From: Octopus sinensis
Taxonomy: Eukaryota
Reading direction: 5' to 3'
Assembly (NCBI RefSeq): GCF_006345805.1
Contig: NC_043013.1
Coordinates: 47,058,001 to 47,122,000, forward strand
Length of the DNA stretch: 64,000 bases
This document shows, in pieces, positions 39,628 to 53,200 of the stretch (position 1 is its first letter; each line of letters starts with the position of its first letter). A model generated the notes under the pieces. The model saw only the letters and a program-made list of their open reading frames with translations, searched no databases and was not told the origin of the DNA. Made by a program: the position numbers and the translations under genes.

Positions 39628-39930
39628 GTGGAGGTATATGGCCTAGTGGTTAGAGTAGCGGACTCGCGATCGAGGGATCGCGGGTTCGAATCTCAGACCG
39701 GGCGATGTGTGTGTTTAAGACCGAAACACCTAAGCTCCACGCAGCTCCGGGAGAAGGTAATGGCGAACTTCTACTGACTCTTCCGCCACAACTTCCTTTC
39801 ACTGTTTCCCCCTGCATCTTGCATCTCACCTGCGACGGACCGGCGTCTCGTCCAGGTGGGGGACCTATACGCCAAGGAAACCGGGAAACCGTCCCTAATG
39901 AGCCAGGCATGGTTCGAGAAGGAACAAGCA
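39628..39930 (+). mobile_element. SINE with an A-type head and a third body (Meta/V-domain-like central segment)
   Basis: The head matches family A. The body ctgcgacggaccggcgtctcgtccaggtggg...gaaaccggga resembles the conserved SINE central domains as I recall them (CTGCGATGGAC...TCCAGGG). Confidence 0.65.
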
Positions 39931-40935
39931 AAATTCATTAAAAGAGGTCTCCCACCTACAACAGTTCCAACAATGTATGACACAGTTTTATATCAGGTTA
40001 CAGTATGTACTCAAAGAATTGTAGTAAACAATGTGTCAAGAGATCGAATTGATCAAAGTGATCGATGAAAATTAAAAGGAGATTAAAAAGCAGACTCGAT
40101 CATTAATTGAGATTATCAGACTTTTGGTGCATCCGTTATTTTCGATACTTGTGTGTACGTTTTTATATTTATCTACCCAAGTGGATAAGGTTGTGATATA
40201 GGATATTACAGTATATGTGTTTAAGAGCTTGGTATTTATTTTTCACGTAGCAGATGGGAACGTGTGTGTGTTAACGTTTGCAAAGATAGGAAACTCTGGC
40301 CCTTTCAAGTCCAGGTGATCTTTCGTTTTTAGAATTGTATTTACTTGTATATGGTTGTGGCATGTATACAACTTATGATACAAAGTGCGTAGTTTTTCCT
40401 TTGTAATTTGCTGTAGAGAGATTGGGTCCCGGGCCTCATAAAAACAGGATTCTAAGATATTGTTTATAGATAAATATTGTTCCTCCCTGCTGTCAAACGT
40501 GGTTTCTGCCTGGGCTTTAAGTATGCAGTGCTCCCTTTTCTGTGTTTTATTCATGCGTTGTGACTGTTCAGTAAATGTTGCATTAACTCCTCGTATGTGT
40601 GTTTTTGGTAGTTATGGTATGACTATGTTGGTAGTAAAAATGTGGACAATAGACTTGATAAAATATACTTTTAGTATTTTGCCTTGTGACTAGGCTTCTA
40701 GGGAATTAATGTGTCCATATTTCACCAGTTTTGCCACGTACAAGTTGTTGTGCCATGGTGACTATAAAGAGTAAACAAACTTTGTAGTTGATGAAAGCAT
40801 CATCAGTTCACATTTTCCTATGAACATCTCACGACTAGAAACATATTTTGTGAGATTATATAGAATTTGCGCTTTTTAGTGTGAATCTTTATTTTATTAA
40901 CATGTACTTATTTGTGTCAGAATAGATCACATGCC

Positions 40936-41004
<69 letters not shown>

Positions 41005-41006
<2 letters not shown>

Positions 41007-41168
41007 TTTACGAAAAAAACAAAAGATGAAGACAGGTGGTGTACAAAACAAACAGATGTATTCGTATAACGCTCAGGAATAGGAAAAATCTTTTACATTT
41101 CGAGCCTACGCTCTTATACAGAAAGGGACACAGAAAAAAAGAGAAAAATATGTGTGTAGTGACTAACG
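41005..41168 (-). mobile_element. Second copy of the 8830-9020 repeat
   Basis: gagagtttacgaaaaaa...cgctcaggaat...cgagcctacgctctt...cagaaagggacacagaaaaa...tgtgtgtagtg is shared. Confidence 0.8.
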
Positions 41169-41252
<84 letters not shown>

Positions 41253-41255
41253 CGT

Positions 41256-41290
<35 letters not shown>

Positions 41291-42271
41291 AACTTATTTG
41301 GAAAAGGATGCGTAGTGTTCTATCATATAATAATATAAATAATATATAAATATATGCATACATACATATATGTACATACCTACATATATATGTATATATA
41401 CATGCATAAATGGGTACAGGACATCAAAAAAACGTTGAACACAACGAGAAACGAAAATATAAAAAAAACATAGAAACGAACTTTTTGTTGAATAACGAAA
41501 AAAAACAAAGAAACGGGACATACAACGTTTTTTGATGTCCTGTATCCATATATGCATGCATATATATATACATATATACATATATATACATATATATAAA
41601 TGATTGCTTCAATAAGAAAACACACAATATTGTGTTAAGCCTGCTACGCGATGATGTCTGTCTTTCTATTTTTTCCCCTGACGAAGGAGTTATTAGCGTG
41701 ACGCACCCTAGTGCTTTAAACACAATAATATACCCCTGAAATGGCCATAGGGAATTTAGTAAATATGGTTTCCTCTTTTTTAACTATAAGTCCTCTCTTA
41801 TTCGATAAGTAATTTTATAAGATTTTCTAAACGATGAACCTTTATTTTATTTTACATTATATATTATATATTTTTATATACTTCCTATATTTATATATTT
41901 TTATATATTTTTATATACCTATATATTTATATATTACTTTATACTATATTTTTACATTTTACCTTCTAGGTGTTGTAATGGTTTTTCAAAAAAAATATAT
42001 TTTTCTTAATCGCTAAAGTATTAACTTTTAACCGTGATGAACTGTATTCACATATATTCACACATTTTTTCTCGCACTTTCTTATATGCTTGTACAGATG
42101 AATTATATATTCCATCTTCCGTGATGTCTAAATGTATATTCTATAACTAAATGTTCGAGTTATGAAATTTTATGTGGATAACCTTGCATTTGTATGTTCT
42201 ATAACTTTAGATTGATATACATATATATGTAAGTATGTACATATATGTATGTATATATGCATATATTTATA

Positions 42272-42310
<39 letters not shown>

Positions 42311-42830
42311 TATATATATATACAAAAAAATGAAACAACGCATGAGATATTCAGTTACACCACCTTACGGACGTTTCATTAGCACAAAATTAATATTAGT
42401 TACGTAATCTACATTTCATAATCAAAATGAGCTGCCAAATCTTCAGAGACATGTAACCTTTATATGTAACAAGAGTGGGTTGTTGAATTGTTGACAGATG
42501 TATTTATGTATGTATTTACGTACATTATGTGAATATACAAATCGGTGTGTCGTTGGAACTATATGTTTACGTTCAGGTGCGTTACTTTGCGCCAAAAGTT
42601 AAAATTTCCCTTTCCATGAATAAAGTATTATAAATGATAGATTCGTCTGAAACTCATCAGCGGTGTTGCTCCGACATCGTTGCAGTCCAGTGATTGGAAC
42701 ACGAAAAGGAACAAAACAAAAAAACAACTTAATTTTGGGAGCAGATTGTTTGACTGTAATGGCAGAGCTGTGAATTACATCGAAAGCCATGTTTCAAATC
42801 TAAGAGATAAATTTGTAGCTATGGCAGCAA

Positions 42831-42893
42831 TGTTATTCTTCGATAGAAAACAACAACAACCTGCCGTTTGTTGTTTTCTATCAAATGATAACA
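42831..42893. other. 63-nt hairpin in unique sequence (pre-miRNA-like geometry)
   Basis: gatagaaaacaacaa (42842-56) pairs perfectly with ttgttgttttctatc (42868-82). An outer tgttat/ataaca stem extends it; the loop is 11 nt. Confidence 0.35.
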
Positions 42894-43794
42894 GGGAAAC
42901 GAAGGAGAAGAAAAAAAGAAAGTGAACAAAATGATAATGCAGTATTAAATAAAGAGTTCGGCCTGTGTAATAAAATGGCGGAATTGTTAAAGGGGTTTCC
43001 TATATAATCAATATACCGGAGAATGAAGCCTCCCCCAATGTTTATCATCTGCATTAAATAAAATACCACTTTACCACTAGCACTATTATTAGCTTTTTTT
43101 TTATATATATATATCTTTATGTTGGTGGTCTTTATTATCGACATCGCTATCATTACGATTAGATCTCTTGTTGCAAGCAACACTTTGGTAGCATTGCATT
43201 TCCTAGCGAGGCTTGTCAAATTGTTCACACCATCCAAAATTCAAGAAATTATGTATTGTCTTCTGTTTTTTAATTGTTTTCCTTTTTTATCAGGAAGAAT
43301 ATATCGAATCATGTTCAAATACCTGAGAGTGTTAACTAGCGGGGAAGATCACTCCATACCGCCAAATCTCAATCAACCCTCTCCATATATATATTTCTCT
43401 ATTTTCTATTTTTCTCCCTCTTATTTTTTTTTTATCTCCCCCCGACGCCGCCTCTTTCACTTATTGTGTTATATGTATTGATCTACATTACGTGACTGCT
43501 GCAACACAGATAATGCATGTATACATCGCCGCAGATATGTTTTGTCTCCATGATTACTGTTTGAAAGTATGCTTTGCCAGAGATAAATAGTAGCTACATT
43601 ATTTGCAAACCTCAACTCATCATTAGTCATCCCAAATTCTCTTATATCTAGTAATTTCAGTTAACCAACCAAACAATCAAATTACCTTACGATACTTCTC
43701 GGTGGGTTTTCTGTGCAAACCACAGCTTTTCCAGTTTTCTCTTTTTTTTTCTACGCTCCGAAACCTTATTTTTTTTTCTGTGTCACTGTAATTG

Positions 43795-43850
<56 letters not shown>

Positions 43851-43897
43851 TATCATTATTATTATCATCATCATCATCATCATCATCGTCATCATTT

Positions 43898-43949
<52 letters not shown>

Positions 43950-43982
43950 CATTATCATCATCATCATCATTATTATTATTAC

Positions 43983-44030
<48 letters not shown>

Positions 44031-44072
44031 CATCATCATCATCATCATTATTATTATTATTATTATTATTAC

Positions 44073-44110
<38 letters not shown>

Positions 44111-44140
44111 TATTATTATTATTATTATTATTATTATCAT
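43795..44140. repeat. (ATT)n/(ATC)n microsatellite
   Basis: Directly visible. Confidence 0.98.
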
Positions 44141-44625
44141 TTTCGTTATCATCATCTTCTCCCTATAAGTTGACGCTTCTCTAATCTCTATTTTTCTGAA
44201 CTCTTGTTGATCTTAAAAGTGTTCGTTATTTTTCAATGCAAAGTTCCTTCCATTGTAGTCTTATAATATAATCATATTGCAGTTCAAGATCCGAGAATTC
44301 CAGTCCAATCAAAAGTAACAGTGCGATTTGTACAGTTAATATACACTGTAGTCGTTCACAACGATACAAAAGTCAGAAATAACAAGTTTTGTATAATTTC
44401 AGTTATGACGATTTCATTCGATGCTCAGCGTAATTTTATCAACAAGAAAAACTACAGCAGCAGCAGCGGCAGCAGCAACAACCTCGACAACAACAGGAGC
44501 AAGCAGAAGGAGAAGAAAGAGAAGAAGAATGCAAACGCATATTACCTTCATGGGTCACATGGCTACACCATGGAGTAAAAGAAATATGACATACGCAAGG
44601 GTTATAAAACTTGTAGTGGAGTACA

Positions 44626-45022
44626 TCTTTATATATAAAAGTGAGGTTGTGTGCTGTCTGTCTCCTACGATTTAGATTCCTAACTACTCCCACATTTTGC
44701 GGTGCAGTTTAACCAAAACCGGTTATCTTATAGTCGTGATTCATATCGAGCCCTTCTGGGTATTAGCGCGCGTCTACGATGAGTCTACGATTTTAAAAAT
44801 AATTTACCATAATTTTTTCCCATTTTAATGCATATTTTTTTAATATAAGGGAAGTAACTCTCTAAAAATGTCTACGATGAGTCAACGATTTAAAATAAAA
44901 TTTACCATCATATTTTTTCCATTTTTAATGCATTTTTTTGCTATTTTTTGGCTATAACTCTCTAAAAATGCTTTATAGTTATTTCCCTTACAAACCCGAG
45001 CAACGCCGGGCGATACTGCTAG
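44626..45022 (+). mobile_element. Short non-autonomous Helitron-like element (~400 bp) with an internal ~100-bp duplication
   Basis: A|TCTTTATATATAAAAG ... caaaCCCGagcaacgcCGGGcgatactgCTAG|T. The gtctacgatgagtc...ctctctaaaaatg unit is repeated. Confidence 0.8.
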
Positions 45023-45528
45023 TATATAATAAACGAAGGTAAGAAGAGGCAAAGGCATGAAATACAGGTTAAAAATAAAACTATAAACAAGATATCCCTT
45101 TACCTAGGAAGGGTAAGGAAACCAAACAACTCCCAAATCCTTCCGCTCTGGGTAATCCTAAAGATAAAATTCAAGAATCGACTCGTTCATGCTCACCGAT
45201 TTTTCCAATTGAACTCGATCACATTTCATTAAACCCCTCTCTCTCTCTCTCTCTCTCTCATTTTCATCAACCCCTTATTTCACTTCTAATAATATAAGAA
45301 GTAATAAGTGGAGAAGATGATCGGAGAGATAGAGGTCTGGCCCCCAAACTTTCAAATACTGGCACTACGCAATATTGTAGCCACCAGACTATCGAAAATA
45401 ACGGATATAATATTTCCAATTGGAGGCCAGTGATTGCTGAGGGAGAGAATTAGTCGAATTCTTCGATCGCAGTGTCTGACTGGTATTTCATTTTATCAAC
45501 GCTGAAACGATGAAAGACAAAGGTTCAT

Positions 45529-45573
45529 TCTTCTTCTTCTTCTTCTTCTTCTTCTTCTTCTTCTTCTTTTCTT

Positions 45574-45644
<71 letters not shown>

Positions 45645-45777
45645 CATTTTCTTCTTTTCTTCTTTTTCTTCTTCTTCTTCTTCTTCTTCTTCTTCTTCTT
45701 CTTCTTCTTCTTCTTTTCTTCTTCTTTTCTTCTTCTTTTCTTCTTCATTTTCTTGTATTGTTGTTCTTGTTGTTGTT
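45529..45777. repeat. (CTT)n/(ATT)n compound microsatellite
   Basis: Directly visible. Confidence 0.97.
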
Positions 45778-47443
45778 GATATTAATATGGCGATAACTGA
45801 CGATGATAATAAGGCAGTGGCTCCCATGTCTTCTGATCTGAACTAATTGAAAGTACTATCATGCACATGTTTTGTTGTGGTGTAAAAGATGGACTGCAGC
45901 AAATATTCTGCTCAGAACTGCCGATTTGCTTGTCAGTTGTTTGACCGTAACCAGTTGAGCTTGTTCCTTTGTGGCTGAAGATATGTGCATCTATGATCAC
46001 GAGCAAAAGTAGTAGTAGAGCATCATTGCCATGTGCTCAGAGGAATTATTTGGGGTTTGAATAATTCGCCCCAGGAAACATGGGTTTTTCGTTCAGTATC
46101 CTTAGACAATTCTTATCCAGGTACATTTTGAGCGGGATGGGCTACTCAACCTGAAGGAAATTCTAACTGTCATACACATATGGTTATGATGCATGTTCTT
46201 GGTGTACCCTTATCAGACGGGTAGTCATGGTGGACTTGGTATATTGGACTTGAGTGGGATGGGTCTATTAGATTTAATGGCATGCGCTACCCTCTAATTC
46301 AATAATAATAATAATTGTTTCAGGTTTTGGCCTAGTTATTTTGAGGGGAGGGGACAGTTGATTATCTCAATTCCAGTATTTAACTGCTCCTTAATTTTAT
46401 CGACAACGAAAGAATGAATGTCAAAGTTAACCTCGGCAGATTTGATCTCAGAACGTAAAGAATGGGTTATGAGATTCGGATAAAATTGCAGAAAATGGAG
46501 TCAAAAAGAGAGGAAAATTAATTAAAGACATTGATTAAAAATAAAGAAGGGAATTATAGTAAAGTCAGATTTGAAATATGTATGAGTCTATGAATCAGAT
46601 CAAGAACAACATAGAAATGGAAGAAAAGCTTATGAAGAATATTAGGGAGACATGATGTTAATACTTAAAACAGAACTAAATGAAGTAAAGCATTGACTCT
46701 CAAGTTGTTCAAGTAACAAGCTATTGTAATAATGTTTACAAAGGAGCATTAGATAAATTAGTTAGACTGGACAGAAAAATAAGGTAGATTACAAATAGAA
46801 CAACTCAGCTAAAATCTAACATAGCCAAATTATAATTCGCCGCTAAAACAGAAAAGAGCAAGAATTACAAAGCATGTAAAGAAAGTGTAGGAAAGAAAAA
46901 TTGAAAACTAATACAAATAGCTGCAGAATATAAATAGAAGAAAAAGCGGAAAGCTGTTTCGTGACTCCGAGAAAAAGACAAATATTAACCAAAGCCTAAA
47001 ATTACAAAAAATTGCAAAGGTAAAGGAGGAAAATAATATAAATTGTATAAAGACTAAAAGATGCGTTAAAACTGGTGCTTCAAAACACCATTGCAAAAGC
47101 GATAGCAAGAGAAAAGCTACTAGAAGCCGAATACTAGGGGAAGGACAAAAACTAAACCGGATAGAAATAGACTAAGAAAAATTGCAGAACTGAATGGAAA
47201 GCGCAGGGCTCCAAGTTGGAACTTAAGGATTCTTGGTTGCGACACTGCGTCCACTAAAGTGAAGTACATTAGCGAATATGAGGAGGGTGAGAAGAAGTCA
47301 GAACTAAAACATATCTGTTTCCGACTGCCAAGTCTTGGTAAAGAAAGAATACATATATTATATGAGGGAGTGAGCGGACATTAAACGGCAAGTTATGGTA
47401 GCATTCGGAAATACCAATAGTACAAACATATACCATCTGATAG

Positions 47444-47771
47444 TGGAACTCCATCGGTTATGACGACAAGGGTTCTAGTTGATCCGATCCACGGAACAGC
47501 CTGCTCTTGGAACTAACGTGCAGGAGGCACACACTCCACAAACACGCGTACTCCTTAACGTAATTCTCAGGGAGATTCAGTGTGACACAAATTGTAACAA
47601 GGCTGACCCTTTGAAACACATGTACAACTCAACTCACTTTTGTCAGCTGAGTGGACTGAAGCAACGGGAAATCTAGTGTCTTGCTCAAGGACACAACACA
47701 CCGCCAGAACTCGAACTCGCGACCTTACGATCGTGAGACGAATACCCTAACCACTAAGCCACGGGTCTTCA
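47444..47771 (-). mobile_element. SINE with a different tRNA head (ggttagggtattcgtctcacgatcgtaaggtcgcgagttcg...ttgtgtccttgagcaagacact) and the family A tail
   Basis: 47444-47620 matches the family A 3' half. The head is unrelated to the 9755 head. Confidence 0.75.
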
Positions 47772-48247
47772 CTGATTTCAGCATGACATATTAATCATGT
47801 TCTGGGATTTGACAATTTAGACAGACATAGAAACGAAAGTTAATTTAGTAGATTTTGCTGACAGGAAACACCAGGGTAGACAAGAGCCTCATATTCAAAA
47901 TATCAGTATCAGCTATGAATAAAAGTGGAGAAATTATCAAAATTACCAAGGTTTGGGTGATAAAAAGAAATGGGACAGAAAAGAGAAAGAATTTCGATAA
48001 TAAAAGGTATGTGGAAAATGATTAAGTATTTTCAGATGTATCAGAACTCCGACACCTGCAACACTTAACACTAGTAACAGCTGCAAACATTTGAAGTTGA
48101 GTACTGCAAATACAATAGAAAATATAAAGCCAAAACAAAATACTGTACCGACCCAAAGTACACAAAGCTGCTTTCTTTGGGGCAAGGAAAATATGCAATG
48201 AAAATGAATCTGTCGAGGATAATAGCAATAACCTTTTCTACAAAACG

Positions 48248-49483
48248 CCTGGAATTTGAGGAAGGGGATAAGTCGATTACATCGATCCCAGTGTGTAGTT
48301 GATACTTATTTTATCGAGTCCAAAGGGAGGAAAGGCAAAGTCGACCGCGGCAGCATTCGAACTTAGAACATAAAGACGGACGAAATATCGCTAAACATTT
48401 TACTCAGCGTGATTAACGATTCTGCCAACTCACCACTGCCAAACTTCAGAGATCAATAATGGTTTTCAAATTTTGGTACAATGCCAGCAGTGTCTGAGTT
48501 TAGGTGGGAGTCGATTATGTCAACCTCAGTACTTGACTGGTACCTATTTTATCAACCCCCAAAAGGCTGATGGGCGAAGTTAATAAGGGTGGAATTTGAA
48601 CTCAGCATGTAAAGCATTTAGTTCGGTGGGCTAAATCTTTTCTAATTTTGGCATTAGATAAGCAGTCTTTGATGACAGGAAGCAAGAAAATCACATGAAC
48701 TCCGGTGCCTAATAAAAACCTGAAATTTGTGGGGAGGAGGCTAGCCTCTAACATCGAGACCAGGCCTTGACTGGTGTTTAATTTAGTAACCCAGAAAGGA
48801 TGAAATGCAAGGTCAACTTCGGTGGAGTTTGAACTCAGAACGTAAAATCTGAAGAAGTGACGAGAAGCATTTTTTCCGGCATGCTAACGATTGTGCCAGC
48901 TTCCCACCTTAACCGCTATTATTATTAAGCACTGTGTGTTAAGGTGAGGAACTGACAGAACCGTTAGACATGCCGAATAAAATGGTTCCCGTTATTTCGT
49001 TCTTTTTTACTGTTTGAGGTCAAACGCTGCCGGAGTAGACTTTGCTTTTCATCCTTTCGGGGTCGATAAAATAAGTACCAGTCGAGCACTAGTGTCAATA
49101 TAACCAACTTACCTTCCACAACATTCCTTGTCCTGTGCTAAAATTTGAAATTAATAACAATAACTGTTTCTAATTTAGGTATCGGTTTAGCCAGTTTATC
49201 GGTTTTGATAAAGGCTTGAAATAGAAGAGAAGGAACTAACAACGGTTCTGCTAACATAATCATAATGTTGATTTCAAATTTTGATACAAGATCAGCAATT
49301 TTGAAGTAAGAGACAAGTCGATTAGATCGACCCCAACCCATAACTGGTACTTATTTTATCGAGCCCGAAAGTATGAAAAGCAAACTGGACCTCGACGGAA
49401 TTTGAACTCAGGACGTGAAGACGGACGAAATGCCGTTAAGTATTTTGCCTGAAGTGTTAACGATTCTGCCGGCTCACCGCCTT
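48248..49483. mobile_element. Dense cluster of ~5 SINE B copies in both orientations
   Basis: (-) 48248-48436, ~48455-48630 and ~48640-48910; (+) 48941-49157; (-) 49264-49483. Confidence 0.78.
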
Positions 49484-49543
49484 CATCTTAAAAAATAATA
49501 TTAATAATGAAGCTGGTCATACAAATATGCACAACCTATATTT

Positions 49544-49930
49544 GGATGGAAGCACTCCGTCGGTAACGACGATGAGGGTTCCGGTTGATCCGAATCAACG
49601 GAACAGCCTGCTCGTGAAATTAACGTGTAAGTGGCTGAGCACTCCACAGACACGTGCACCCTTAACGTAGTTCTCGGGGATATTCAACGTGACACAGAGA
49701 GTGACAATGCCGCCCCCTTGAAATACAGGTACAACAGAAGCAGGAAGTGAGAGTGAGAGAAAGTTGTGGTGAAAGAGTACAGCAGGGATCACCACCATCC
49801 CCTACCGGAGCGTCGTGGAGCTTTTAGGTGTTTTCGCTCAATAAACACTCACAACGCCCGGTCTGGGAATCGAAACCACGATCCTATGACCGCGTGTCCG
49901 CTGCCCTAACCACTGGGCCATTGCGCCTCC
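49544..49930 (-). mobile_element. Full-length SINE family A with an 11-bp target-site duplication
   Basis: aacctatattt at 49533-49543 and 49933-49943. The body matches the reverse complement of 9755-10136. Confidence 0.92.
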
Positions 49931-50814
49931 ATAACCTATATTTACAGCTTTTATTTACAACTTTTATTTACAGCTTACAGAAGAGATGTTTTGAAAACAA
50001 AATCATAATTATTTCTTTTGATTACAGTTAACATTTTAGCGTCCTACTTATTCACTGAAATCGTTGTTTTACTGAGAATGACTACGAGGTGATACAGAAG
50101 AGGAAGCAAAACCAGTATTGTCTCAACTCAATTTAAAGGTAGGGCATTAGGGGCAGTTGTACTGCAATGTAATGAATAACTCATTGCCTAATTGTTTCGT
50201 GTTTAATATCTAAAAATATGGGCAAACCCTAAAAATACATTCTTCTGTCGTTTAATAGAATAGCGATGTTGTTTAAAGCAGAACTCAATGGCGCATAGAT
50301 GAGATGATTTTTGAATTAATGGTAACAATTCTGAAGATTTGTTTCTTAATGTCAAGTTGTTGGGGGAAAATGTGTGAGAATTGGATTGAAAATGGTGGCT
50401 TTGATAAATGAAGGCGGAGCAGCAGTTAACGTGAGCTATATATGAAACGGAGGAAATATCTCGCCATAGGAATGACGTATCGATGTTAGGAGAAATATAA
50501 ACATGGCGGAAATAATGAGGGGGTTGGTAATTTTAATAATAATGATGCTGATGATGGTGATAACAATGATTAGTAGTAATTTTGGCTGTTTGTTGTTTTT
50601 GTTGAGTGGTGTTACTGCTGGAATTGATGTTGTTGTTAATGGTGATGGCAGAAGTGATAAGGAAGGAGTTTCGTGAGGTGTACGCACGCACACACACGCA
50701 CACACACACGCATACACACGTACACACATACATATTTGCACACATACATATATACATGTATGTTTGCCTGTATGTATTGCACGCACATGTGTGAGTGCGT
50801 GCGTGCGTGTATAC

Positions 50815-50882
<68 letters not shown>

Positions 50883-50992
50883 GTGTGTGTATACATACAT
50901 ATATATATATATATAAATGTGTGTGTATACATACATACATATATTATATATATATATATATATATAGATGTGTGTGTATAATAATACATATA

Positions 50993-51029
<37 letters not shown>

Positions 51030-51037
51030 GTGTGTGT

Positions 51038-51068
<31 letters not shown>

Positions 51069-51294
51069 AATGTGTGTGTTTACATACACATACATGCATA
51101 CATATACACATTATATATATATATATATATACGTATGTATATATGTGTGTACGTGTGTGTGTGTGTGTATGTGGTGTAAGTAATGTTTAAATAGATAAAA
51201 TAATGAAATGTTTGTGATGATGGCAAAGGTGTGGGGGGGGGGTAGCAATGAAAATGAAAGCGACATAGATACACAGGCATAATATAATTAATAA

Positions 51295-51467
51295 AAATGA
51301 CGATGATGAGGATGGGGCTGATAATGATGATGACGTTGGCGCTGGCGGCGGTGGCGGAGGCGGCGGCGGCGGCGGCGGTGGTGATCATGAATCAACATGA
51401 GCTACAGTATATAAATTGTTGTGATTATGGTGACAGCTTGATAATGATGATGATGATGATGATGATA

Positions 51468-51515
<48 letters not shown>

Positions 51516-53200
51516 ATGATGGCGACAAATGATGATGTGATGATGAAGATGGTGATGGTGATGGAGGAATGAGAGGCGGGTAGAAAGGGGGGGGGTAAGG
51601 GATTCAACGGAGAAGGAAAGGTGAAGAATGATATAGTAGTTGAAGTGGCGGCAGTGGTAACATGGCGGTGGTGGTGGTGGTGGATATGATTGTCGGTGGT
51701 GCCAAATGGTTTTGAAAGTGGTGGTGGTGGTGAAGGTGGTGTTGGGAGTGATAGCACATTTGTGGGGCGATGGTGGTGGTGATGATGGTTGTGGCGGGGT
51801 GTAAATGGCTTTGGGAGTGGACGGTGTTGGCGATATTGCAAGAGTGGGAGTATTAATCTAGTGGTATTAGTGACAGAGGTGGTGGTGGTGGCGGTGGGGA
51901 TACTGGTGGTGGTGGTGGTGGTGGTAGTGATAGCGGTGGTAGTGGTGTGGTAGTGGTGGTGGTAGCGATGGTTGCAGTGATTATGGTGGTGGTGGTGGTG
52001 GTGATGATGATAGTGGTGGTACTGCTGGTGGTGGTGTGATGGTGGGATTATTGACATCAGTTTTGGTGACAATAATGGAGTTAGTGACGACGATAGTGGT
52101 GGTGGCGGTATGGTAGTGGTATGATGGCGGTATAGATATAGTAGTAGTAGTATTAGTAGTGGTGGTGCTGGTGGTGGTGGCTTTAGTGTTGGTGATGGTG
52201 GTGGCGGCGGCGGTAATAGTAGTAGTAGTAGTGATGCAGCTGCTGTTGTAGTTTTTGTTCTTGATGGTGGTGTTGCAGCTTAGTCCCCAGAACAGCTCTG
52301 TTCTAGAGAATTTATGAAAGGTATTCCAGCCGTGACCATCCTATATTGATCCTATTTCCAGGAAAGAGGAACTAAGTCCCAATTATCAAGTGTGTCTGTT
52401 CCCTAAAATGAGGGCCATTTTGCTGCTATTTCTAGCACGTTAGACGAACACTTAGACGCATACTCATTAGATAATAATGAAACAGTAGAATTAGTGATGG
52501 AGGTGGTGGTAGTGGTGGTGGTGATGGTGGTGATGGTGGTGGTGATGGTGATGGTAGTTGTGGTGGTGGTGGTGGTTTTGTTTGTGGTGATGTTTGTGGT
52601 CTTAATGATAGTGGTGATGATACAGATGGTAGTATGTAGGGATGAATAATGGTATAGGCAAATGCCAGTGGTATTGGAGATCATCGCAGTTGGAGTGGCA
52701 ATGGTAGCAACGGTGGTGATAGTTGTCCTTGCACTAGACAATGTAGTGGTGGTAATGGCCATGATAATGGTGGTGGTGACAATGGCGGCAGTGGTGGGAA
52801 CGATGGTTGTAGCGGTAGTTGTGGTGTTAGCGATGGTGGTAGTGGTAGCTGGTAGAATTGGCGGCGATGGTGGTGGTGGTGGTGGTAATGATCATGCTGG
52901 TGATAGAGGTAGTGGTGGTGGTGTTGGCGATGGTTGCTGTGGTGGTGATGATCATGCTGGTGATAGTGGTAGTGATGGTGTTGGCGATGGTTGCAGTGGT
53001 GGTGACGGTGGTAATGTCGATGGTGATGTGATGATGGGGGTAGAGTTGGGGGTGGAGGTGACAGTGGTAGATATTAACAGTGGTAGTCGCAGTGGTGCGA
53101 GTGTTGTGATAGCGGTGTGTGGAATCAATGATGGCCGCCGTGTGGTGTAGATGAGTGGTGTCGGGTGGTAGTCGGTGGGGGTGGGGAGAAACTAGTAGGT
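51295..53200. repeat. ~2-kb cryptic (GGT/GAT/GGC)n trinucleotide low-complexity tract
   Basis: Directly visible; includes a ~55-bp unit duplicated at ~52880-53000. Confidence 0.9.

Noticed and set aside
40243-40900. LINE fragment (ORF 40243..40554)
   Set aside because: Only a vague resemblance to an EN-RT linker; no diagnostic motif could be confirmed.
42630-42690. CTGATGAG...GAAT on the minus strand as a hammerhead
   Set aside because: Stems I and III do not pair in register, and GAAA/A15.1-U16.1 is missing.
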